From NCBI GenBank assembly GCA_973895155.1, contig OZ316892.1, forward strand, positions 16,544,357-16,608,356: a stretch of DNA of 64,000 nt. The letters run 5' to 3'. The notes under the pieces are model-generated. The model ran no database searches. It was not told the DNA's origin and saw nothing but the letters and a program-made list of their open reading frames with translations. Made by a program: the position numbers and the translations under genes. Below are positions 1 to 11,795 of the stretch, piece after piece. Source of the DNA: Marsupella aquatica (lineage: Eukaryota > Plantae > Marchantiophyta). Each line of letters starts with the position of its first letter. Positions within the stretch are counted from its first letter, which is position 1.

Positions 1-661
1 CGAGTGTATGTTGTTGCAGCGTTTGATGGCTTCTCGGATGCCGACGACTCTATCTTCGCAAAACAGCAGGTCGTCTAGCTCGTTGCCAGTAGGCGTCCAC
101 AGGAATTCAGCCTTGATGAGTTCCCCTCCTAAGAAAGCAGCTTTCTGCAGCTCCCACAATCGGGCGAGCTCCTGCCGTTCTCGAGCTGCTCTCTCCGATT
201 CTTCGTCCTCGTAAGTCCCAATGTACTCAGTTGCCCGTTCGAACAGGCATCCCCAAAAATGTGCCGCTTGATTGACGTTGCTCATACCCTTCTCGAGTTG
301 ATAGTCGGTATCTGTTCCCACCCTGAGCGCTTGCCTAAGCAGTTGACAGTAGTTGGCCGCCCGTAGTCGCCTGCCTAGTGCGTGCTTGCAAATGAGCCAC
401 TACTCCTCGCGAGCAGTCCTTGCCCCTCTCCTCCTAAGGTTCTCCCTCCCATTGGTTACCCCTAGCCGCCGGCACTTAGCGTGCCCTAACCCTAATCGTA
501 TTCTCTCCCCTGGCGTCCTTACTTCTGGCCTCGGCTCAGGTTCCATAGTCACCCTTAATTGTTTATATTTTCCTTATTTATGTAACTATACTAAGGTGTT
601 TCTAGGGTACACTTCCCTTTTCCCCTTAAACTAGCCCAGTGATTCCTGGCTAGGCATCACA
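1..661. mobile_element. Probable end of an LTR retrotransposon LTR, truncated by the window edge
   Basis: A GC-rich segment, then an AT-rich U5-like tract ending in ...GGCATCACA at 661, after which composition changes. It contains a minus-strand ORF (ATG 285) running off the edge. No second LTR is visible to confirm. Confidence 0.35.
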
Positions 662-946
662 GACTTCCCAAGAGACTTGAATCTAGAAGGATGGCACTAT
701 ATTGTGATTTTCTTAATTCCTAGCGCATTTCCAGCACCCTCAACAAAAACATTCAATAGATATATAGGTCAAATCCATGCAAGCCAATTTATTGTCAAGA
801 ACAAGAGGGAGCTAACTACCTCCCCAAAGAATCTTGGCCAAGAATGAGCTTTCCTTTTGTGCTTGCATTTTGCTTTTGTCGTATTGTCAACTTCATGTCT
901 AAAAAATTGCTGGTGGTAATGGTATAGTTTACTTTTTGGTCGAGTG

Positions 947-1098
947 TGTTATAACCCGTACCTAAACCTACCTACCTAGGGTTAAACCCCTACTACAGTT
1001 AGGCTAAGCCCAACCAGCTAACTACCTAGTCACCTAAGGAGCTATATGTAATGGTGGTATGATGAATGATACATTGAGTTATTCTATACCTCACAACA
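947..1098 (+). repeat. 5' LTR of copia element (152 bp)
   Basis: TGTTATAACCCG...CCTCACAACA; 3 mismatches to the 3' LTR by manual alignment. Confidence 0.96.
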
Positions 1099-1432
1099 CA
1101 TTATCAGCACGATGTTGATTTGAATCAAACTTTTTTTTAATCATCTCTCTCCTTTTGAGATAGACTGGCAACCTTTTAGGAAAGGATTTATGGCAGGCGA
1201 AGGTGCAGCGGTGGTAAGATGAATCAAGGGGGATGGAAGGTTATAAATCGAGATTACACATGAAACAAATTGGACGATTGAGATAAGAAATTACAATTCA
1301 CCAACTACAATTTGCAATTCCATTTCCTCTTTCTCAAATTTCAACAATGGAATGAAATTGAGATTGGACACCCAAATACAATAGCAACCTTGTGCTTACC
1401 AATAAGAAATTATACCACTAGAATCTAGCAAT

Positions 1433-4400
1433 ATGTCAAAGAATTTTGTGGAGAAACTCTTATTTCAACCACTCAGCATCGATGGTGCCAACTATTTGTC
1501 TTGGACGCTCGATGCTGAAGCTCATCTAACTTCAAAGAATCTACAAGATACAGTAATAACTGACAATGGCCAAACACTTCAGCAAAAAGCGCAGGCATTG
1601 ATACTAATTTGACACCATTTGAGTGACTCTCTGAAGCGACAGTACATGAACGAATATAATCCGAGAGTCCTTTGGGACGCACTTCAATCACGCTTTGACC
1701 ACACGCGCACCATACACTTGCTTGCGGCCAGACACGATTGGATAAATCTCCGGGTCTAGGACCATAAAACAATCGCGGATTACAATTGCAAATTATTTCG
1801 GATTGTATCCCAATTGGCCATATGTGGCCACCACGTTAATGATGACGAACAGATTGAGAAAACGCTCTCTACCCTTCACTCTACAAATCTCATTCTCTCT
1901 ACCCAATATCGCAATATGCGATTCACACAATATTCCGAGTTGATTGCCCATATGCTCCTAGCTGAAAAGCACCAGCTATTGCTATTACAGAATTCCCAAA
2001 AACGACCCCCTGGAACTCTCCCTCCAATCACAAATTCAGAATCCCACTACGTTACAACCCAGAGGGGAGAGGGCTCATCTTACCGTGGTCAAGGTAGTTT
2101 CAGGGGGAGAAACACATACAGAGGCCGAGGTAGCTCTTTCAGAGGATGCGAAGGCAGAAGCAACAACTTCAGAGGCAGATCTAGGGGAAGATACCAAAAC
2201 ACCGGCGATAACTTCAGAAACAATTGGCAGCGAGGCAACTATCAACCCCAAGCGAGGACAAATCAACAGCAAAGCACTCAAAGAGATAAATACAAAAACC
2301 CCTCTACCTGTTTTCGTTGTGGCACTAAAGGCCACATTCAAAAATTCTGCCGTACACCTGCACACCTGGTGCAACTATATAAGAAGAGCACTGCACAAAA
2401 TGAACCTGAGACGTATGGGACTTTCCTAGAATCCACAGAAATTATACCAACTATAAACATGGTCATATCAAAGACCACACCTGATTCTAGTATCAAAGAA
2501 AATTTTTCCCACTGCATAGTCGACAGTGGTACATCGCATTCCATTTTTAAGCATAAGGAATACTTCAAGAAAATTATACCATCCCAAAGAAAACTTATAA
2601 CGATTATGGGCCAGCATCAATTGGAAGAGGGATTTGGACCAGCATTGGTCACCCTACCCCATGGGACGATAATTCATGTGGATTCTACGATATATGCCCC
2701 AAAGGCAACCAGAAACTTACTAAGCTTTGGGGATATCCGTGCTAACAAACTACATATTAAGACGGGCACTCAACAAGGACGGGAAGTCTTGTACATCACC
2801 TCGGGGGAACCAACAAATACCAAGATCAGAGAGATCCTGAGAGCATCACCCCCCGGTTGTTACACTACTGAAATCCACAGCTTCTACACTGGAACACCCC
2901 AAGGCACACTTACCGAGATCTGGCACAGGAGACTAGGCCACCCGGGAACAACAATGTTCCAAAAACTGATTAGAGAAACCCTGGGCATACCGGAAATGGT
3001 CCACCCCACATCCATGAAAGCTCCCTGTTTAGCTTGCTCACAGGGCAAGCTCATAATCCGGCCCTCACCACCTACAACTGAGCGCCAAATCCCCCACTTC
3101 CTGGAGCGCATACACGTTGACGTATGCGGGCCGATTGACCCTCCAAGTGGCCCATTTCGATTTTTCTGGCAGTCATAGACGCATCAACAAAATGGAGTCA
3201 GATATCCTTACTATCCACACGAAACCTGGTATTCTCCAGACTCCTTGCCCACATACTAAAATTGAGAGCTCAATTCCCTGAAAACCAAATTAAAGCACTG
3301 AGAGTAGATAACTCTGGCGAATTTACCTCTAAGACGTTTGAAGATTTTTGCCAGGCCACAGGCATTGATGTCCAGTACCCAGTACCCCATGTCCACTTTC
3401 AAAATGGAATAGCCGAATCCTTGATTAAATGATTGCAGCTGATTGCCAGACCCCTACTTATGCAGACAAACTTACCAACAGCTGCTTGGGGTCATGCCAT
3501 CCTCCACTATGCTGCACTACTCAGTTATAGACCATCATCTTTTAATTCCTCTACCCCACATCACCTAGCACTGGGGACCATACCAAATGTCTCTCACCTG
3601 AGAACGTTCGGCTGTAATGTAATGGTACCCATCCTGGGACCTAAGAGAACCACGATGGGACCCCAGAGACACCCAGGAATATACATAGGTTTTGACTCAG
3701 CTTCAATTATCAGATATATGGAGCCTACAACATCCGATGTCTTCAAAGCATGCTTTGCAGATTGCCACTTCTACGAAGATATTTTTCCCAGCCTACATAC
3801 GAAGCAACTTGACAGAGAGAAAACCTCCCAACTTACTTGGCAAATTGATGTTGGCTTCTGGAACGACCCAAGGGATAGTCATGCGGACACTGAAGTACAA
3901 TGAATCTTACACCTAGCAAGGATGGCAGAACACCTATCAGACTCCTTCGCAGATGCCGCCCAGGTGACACGCTCCCATATCCCAGCAGCAAACGCCCCAT
4001 CCAGAATACAAATGGAGACCCCACCAGCATCAACAACAGCCCCGAAAGCAAAGAGAGGCCGCCCACTGGGATCTGTTGACAAGCAACCAAGATAGCGTAG
4101 AGCTGCCCCAGCACCTACACCCAGCCCATCAACCAGGGATCCAACTCCAAGTCAACCAAATGTACCAGAAGACAATGCAGAGATATCAATCAACTATGGA
4201 AGAACCGGACATGTATGGGACAGAGAGCACACTACAATAGATGAACAATTCACATTTCACATAGCACAGCAGATTGAAGACGAACTGCCTGACCCCCGAA
4301 CAATCAAAGAAGTTGAGGTCCAACCTGACTGGCCTGAATGGGAATAGGCCATCCATTTGGAACTGGACTCATTAATAGCCCGCCAGGTATTTGGCCCAAT

Positions 4401-6022
4401 CACAATAGCAGAACCTGAAGCACATCTCACAGGGTATAAATGGACCCTCGTAAAGAAAAGAAATGCGAAAGGCGAGGTAACAAGACACAAGGCTAGACTG
4501 GTGGCCCGGGGATTCACTCAAGTCCCGGGCAGAGACTACGACCTCACATACTCGCCGGTAATGGATGTCATTACCTACAGGTACCTGATTACATTTTCAC
4601 AACGCCACCACTTATCCATGCATCAAATGGATATTGTGATAGCGTATTTATAGGGACACTTAGACAAAGTTATATACATGGAGGCCCCTCCAGAATTGGT
4701 GAAATGAGTCGAATACCACAGCAAAGGGAAACAAATCCATAAAGCAGCAACTCGGAACCAACCGGAAACATTTGAGCATACCAATTCAGCAATACTCCAC
4801 AAGACTGCAGCAAAGATAGCCCTTAAAGTCCCTATACAGAATCAGAGAGACATCACCCGGAGAACTCGATTCGCAGTACAGGTGTTAAGATCACTATATG
4901 GCCTGACATGGTACAAACAATTTAAGTCCGAGATGCAGGCTATGGGATTTAAGAATGCAGACATATATAGCACCCTGCTTATTCCTGAAGCGGGAGAACA
5001 AGGAATTTATTATAGTAGCCATCTATGTGGACGATCTGAACCTGTTCGGAACTAAAAAGATTCTAACTGAAACTATTACACTATTGAAAAAGGCCTTTGA
5101 GATGCGCGACCTAGGCCAGACTTCTTTTTGCCTAGGCCTGCAATTTGAACACCTGCACAATGGCATTTTACTGCATCAATCCACGTACATCAAAAAGATT
5201 CTAAGGCAATTTAACATGGACAAAGCCACTGCAGTCAGATCCCCCATGGACATTCGCTCACTTGATAAAGAAAAGGATCTCTTCCGAAAGAGAACCGAGA
5301 TGGAGCCACTACTTGGCCCAGAAAAGCCATACCTATCTGCTATAGGTGTCCTGATGTTCCTTTCAAACCAGACAAGGCCTGACATAGCCTTTGCCGTAAA
5401 CCTACTGGCATGCCATAGTGCCAAGCCGACTATTCGGCATTGGAATGGCATAAAGCGCATCTTCCACTACCTAGCAGGTACCATGGATCTGGGACTATTT
5501 TACCCATCAGATACTAAATACTTACTCACTGGGTGTGCTGATGCAGGTTATCTTTTAGACCCTGAGGATGCAAAGTCTCAGACCGGATACGTTTTCTTGA
5601 TGGGCGAGAAGCAATTTCATGGCAAAGCTGCAAGCAGACATTAACTACTACATTGTCCAACCACTTAGAGATAATAGCTCTCTACGAATCAAGTAGGGAG
5701 TGTATCTGGCTACGCAACGTTATCAATCACATTCATGAGACTACAAGGCATACCTACAATGTCAACACCGACGGAAATTCATGAAGATAATAGAGCCTGC
5801 ATTGAACAAATTCAAGTAGGCTTTATCAAGGGAGATAGAACCAAACACATCGCTCCTAAGTTCTTTTTCACGCATGAACAGCAAGGAAGTAGTATTCAAG
5901 TTAAATGGATACAAAACTCACAGAACATTGCTGATATGTTTACAAAATCCCTACCTCCTGCATTGCATAAACAACATGCAATCTCAGTAGGTCTACGGAC
6001 CTTAACTGAACTACAAAATTAA
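1433..6022 (+). pseudogene. Disrupted gag-pol polyprotein of the copia element
   Basis: ATG 1433; Gag start DGANYLSWTLDAEAHL; zinc knuckle CFRCGTKGHIQKFC; protease IVDSGTSH; integrase WHRRLGHP...CLAC, HVDVCGP, RVDNSGEF; RT YVDD; RNase H ADAGYL/EDNRAC/ADMFTK. In-frame stops at 1610, 1757, 3430, 3901, 4093, 4345, 4651 and 4705; frameshifts near 3165, 4955, 5610 and 5745. Confidence 0.95.
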
Positions 6023-7147
6023 ACACAATTATACTTACAGTGGAAGCGCTCATTTTTTGCTCAGGGGGAGACCGATCTGTAGGCTACACCGCGAAGCTTG
6101 GACCAGATCAACTCAAACAGATCTTGAACAAAGATCACAACAGACATGCTTATGACAACCAGGGAGAGATCCGAACCCTCAAACAAACAGCCATTCAAAC
6201 CTCAAGAATAGCATTCTTTACAAAATTTTACCTTTGACAACAGAGGGAGAAATGCGATCCAGCTCACCACCAACTACTCCACGGATCGATGCTGCTGACT
6301 CATTTGAGAAGACAGATACCGAAGCCAAACTAATTCGAAGAATTGACAACATCAGGGGGAGCACTCAGTCACTCGTCCCAAGACAGTACATAGTACCCAC
6401 CATGCACAAGAAGAGGAGGACCTTCTTGGGAAGCTAGCAACACACGACTGAAAGAAAACGCGCATCTACCGGAACAACAACACTCTGGAGCGAAATTCTT
6501 GACATTCAAAAGAATCGGCAGCTGCGTCAACACGACGGAAAGAATGACTATAAGAGAGCCACAAAAATAAAAGACAATGCCAGGGGGGAGCAATGCAAAA
6601 CCTCACCTGTAAAGCAGTCGGGAACAAATCTCACTAGCTACAGTTTACCAAATCCGCTTCCCGACATTCAAATCGCACAGAAGAGAATTGACCAGAGAAT
6701 CAAGAACACGGCAGCAACGCACACCGGACATTACGCACCCATCAAACATCGACTTTGGAGCAGAGGAATCGACTTAAGCATAGTCCCACTGCCCTAAGTC
6801 TACACTACTATGGACTCATGCGCATCGCGGCACCGACTTAGACCTTACGAAAAACTTTGTGAAACTCTAAGTAAAAGCAGGAAGCAAAACTGACGACATA
6901 CACACATAGTCAAAATGATAAACTTTCAAACAATTATTTTCTACAGATTACACTAACTTTACATTACATTATAGCTGGGAGGAAATGGTAACACTCTTTC
7001 CCCCTACAAGAAAGGAGAGGGGGTTTTAATGAGGTTACATTTCCCTCCCCAAATACAAACTTTAAATGACTAGAATCCATTATACTTTTGTATAGGTTTT
7101 TAGATGGTTGCAACATTACCCCGGATTGTGTTACACCCAAGGGGGAG

Positions 7148-7299
7148 TGTTATAACCCGTACCTAAACCTACCTACCTAGGGTTAAACCCCTACTACAGT
7201 TAGGCTAAGCCCAACCGCCTAACTACCTAGTCACCTAAGGAGCTATATGTAATGGTGGTATGATGAATGATACATTGAGTTATTCTGTACCTCACAACA
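7148..7299 (+). repeat. 3' LTR of copia element (152 bp)
   Basis: Preceded by the PPT and followed by the TSD GAGTG. Confidence 0.96.
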
Positions 7300-7516
7300 G
7301 AGTGCAGGTTGTTGCCAACTTGTTAGATTTCTTAGTTTGGCTTTGTCAGATTATCATCTTCTTGATCGCAGCCATTGCGGATTTCTCCCCTAGTTTACAT
7401 TCTCATTCTTTGTTCTTCTGGTTGACTGCAAAGTCCATTGATAGTTTGTCCCTTTGATTTCCCTTGCCATGGGTCCACCATACATCCCTGCTACAGTACA
7501 TACTGGATTTTGTATT

Positions 7517-8018
7517 CCTTGAATGGATTTTTTATAAATTTTAATACCGTGAAAGCCCCACGGATAGGGAGGCCAAACCAGCCATTAACAATCAGTGAAA
7601 ACACAAACAGACACCCCGCCAGAAGGGAAACAACCACAAAGAAACCTATCACAGCCCCTAGCCAAGCCAAGGCCCGGCACCAACCCCCCCATAGCAAAGG
7701 CCAACAGGGGCCTCACTCAGCCCAAGAGATGAAACACTCTTGACCAGAACATAGCCACAGTCGACGGTGCTCATCAAGCCACCCTCTGGCCTGTAATATC
7801 CTAGCATTTTTCCTACCCTGCAGAAAACGCCGGCTCACCGCAAACATATGATCAGCAGCCTCTGAGAGAACCAATCCAAAGTCAAAAGTGCATCTGCCCC
7901 CCGGTTGAAACATGTGCACATTACGTGCCCTCCAAACCATCCACAACATCTGGTACAACATAAAGATCTTCACTGTGTGAACAACATCTTTTCCTAGCGA
8001 GTCATCTAATAGAGTCAT
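7517..8018 (-). mobile_element. 5'-truncated LINE (L1-like non-LTR retrotransposon) 3' end
   Basis: Flanked by a perfect 18-bp direct repeat CATACTGGATTTTGTATT (7499-7516 and 8019-8036). The minus-strand ORF fragment contains LWMVWRARNVHMF, matching the WxxWxxRNxxxF motif at the C-terminus of plant L1 ORF2. A-rich 3' end near 7528-7545. Confidence 0.8.
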
Positions 8019-10294
8019 CATACTGGATTTTGTATTGATCATTGACTCACTTCTTGTTCAATGTAGTCGAGGTGAACACATATATACACCCCTCCCCTTG
8101 GACAACCCTCCAAATAATCATATCTATAAGTCTATAACCCTTCCATAATTTGTGTCTAAACTATACCTCTTACTTGCAACTACATGATTGTACCAAATAA
8201 AACGTATAATAATGTAGACCCCTCTAAATAGTGTCTTTCAATTTTATCCTATTCCTTCAGTACTAAGTTTTGTTATTTCATAAAGTGCGCATATAGCCCA
8301 AAGTAATTTGGCTCCTTCAATTTGTTTTTCTCTATGACTAACACATGAACACACATATAGACCTCTCTTGGAAGAATTTAAGCTCAAAGTAATTAGGCTT
8401 TTCTATTTATTTTCTCTATGTCTAATATATGAACACATATATATGACCTTTGGTTCTACTTGCAGCAACATGGATCCAAGAAGATGTGTTCGTGTCAGTA
8501 TGCATGACTGACCTGAATCATGGGGCATATCACTTGAGCTGGCAGGGCTGAACGCTCACTCCAATGCCCCTCTCACCGAGCGCACAACCACCTTAGCAGA
8601 ATTTACTCAGATTTTCCTGAGTGGTGCAATGTTATCCAAGTCTACCATACTGCCCAAATTCTTGTCGGACATTTGGATATGTGCAGCATATAGTTATTGT
8701 AAGAGATTGATGCATTGGAAGAGATTCCAAGTATCCACACACTTGGCCTAAGTTTGTAGATCAACTAATAGACACACCCTACCCCGACCCATCAAAGATG
8801 TTATACTTGCCACTTGGCCCGATGAGGGTGAAGAGGAATAGTAGAACAGTGCATGAGGGACTTAGACCACTATCTTTACTAATATTGACATACTCTTGGA
8901 TTTTCAGAAATTTGAAATGTTTATGCCACTAATATGTACATGCAAATTTGGTTTCCATTCTCACCCAAATATACCCAAGTTGGTTGTCCATTCTCACCCA
9001 AATATTCTCTGCAAATATGGAAGGTAGAAATAGGCAAGCCATCGCCTTAGCATGCTTGACAATGACACATACATTGTGTCTTGGCTTGAACTCCCAATGA
9101 ACACCAACAGGCAACCACTTTTTTCCATGGTTGACATTGAGTCAGACTTTCATGAGTATTAATATTGCAATTTTGCGCAGGACTGCCATGACCTCCTCAA
9201 CCCAATATATAATATGTGTTGAGGAATACTTACGCAGGGTTGAATGTCTATAGTTGGTGTGTAACAGAATCACACAAGAAAAGACCATTAGTACATAGCT
9301 ATGTGGATCGAGCTTGTGACTTGGATGCAAGAGGAAGGCTCCTTCATGTTAGAAGATGCTATATGAAATACTCGGCAATCAAAGGAAGAAGCTGTTTTGG
9401 GTTTCACTCTGAGATATTTATATATAGGAAGACCCCATTGTAGTGATACACATTCCTTACCTCAACGTACATCTGAATATTACATGCATCTATATGGTTA
9501 TTGTGTACTCATTTATCATATTTGTATGTTGTGTCTTTTGTTTTGTAGGATGACCAATATTTTGCCAAGAAGCACCGTCACCTGACGTTGACTGATCGTG
9601 ACCTTGGGACATATCTCTTGAGCTGGAGCGATGGTTCTACTCAATTGTCTCAATGGACCTGCCTTTACTATTCAAGGCAATTGCAGATTGTCACGAGTTG
9701 TTGAACCCAACGGTGCCACTTGAGGATCTTCAGATGTGCAATGTTTATAGTTTCACAGAAAGTGTGAACAAGAAAAAATGGTTTCATGTGTACACCCATT
9801 TGACTTGGGTGTGTGGGTTTGTGAGAGAACCTGACTACGTCCAATTGTGGAAGAAGCCATCAAGGAGACTTGGCACAACTAGGGGGACCAGTTTGTAGGC
9901 TTTCATGAAAACTGTAAGATACTATTTGTAACTTGTGCTTATATGCTCATTCAAATTTGATGATCCCCATGCAGGCTGGCATAGGGTTCCCTAACTCACA
10001 CCAGGTAATGTCTCACAACCATCTCTAGATATACAGAGAAAAAAAGACACTAGGGGTTTAGGGATGTGCAGCAGACCCTTGCTCATATGGTACTCGTAAA
10101 CTTGCATGGGATTTGAGTAACTGTGTATTTGTCTATTTGTCTAATGTGGACTGAATGCGAAAAAAAATTTGACTTCATACAAAATGTTGAAATACCATGC
10201 AAGTTCAAAGGTTTGGATAGAGATCATATGCAAGCTATATCTTTTTTGTAAACCATACACGTGAAATTCCTGTTGGAGGACATAACCAGTCCGG

Positions 10295-10303
10295 TTTAGG
10301 GTT
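10295..10303. promoter_or_regulatory. Telo-box-like element upstream of ribosomal protein gene
   Basis: TTTAGGGTT about 260 bp upstream of the RPL36a ATG. Telo-boxes are typical of plant ribosomal protein promoters, but this is an imperfect match to AAACCCTA. Confidence 0.35.
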
Positions 10304-10559
10304 ACGGCTTACGGACAGACGCTCGCTTACCCTTCATCATCCGGTCTTCCTACCCTGCTGCGGACACAGTCCCCTTGGACGGATACGATCTTTTTCTGGG
10401 GAAGCTTTCGATTTGCTCGGCAATCAGACGGAGGCATACCCTAGTTCTCTTTGTCTTTCCTTTTCCTCTCTCGCTCGTGGACCTCCTGTTGCGGAGCGGC
10501 GCATCGAAGGACGAAGAACCAACCTGTTCCTTTGCGGCACTCACAAGCAGCTCGCCGAG

Positions 10560-11795
<1,236 letters not shown>

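Larger units (their letters stand above)
947..7299 (+). mobile_element. Full-length Ty1/copia LTR retrotransposon, Bianca-like lineage, coding region decayed
   Basis: 152-bp LTRs TG...CA at 947-1098 and 7148-7299; 5-bp TSD GAGTG at 942-946 and 7300-7304; PBS CATTATCAGCACGA at 1099-1112; PPT AAGGGGGAG at 7139-7147; domain order gag-PR-INT-RT-RH. Confidence 0.96.

Noticed and set aside
484-495. Telomere-like CCCTAACCCTAA
   Set aside because: Only two units; common by chance and in LTRs.
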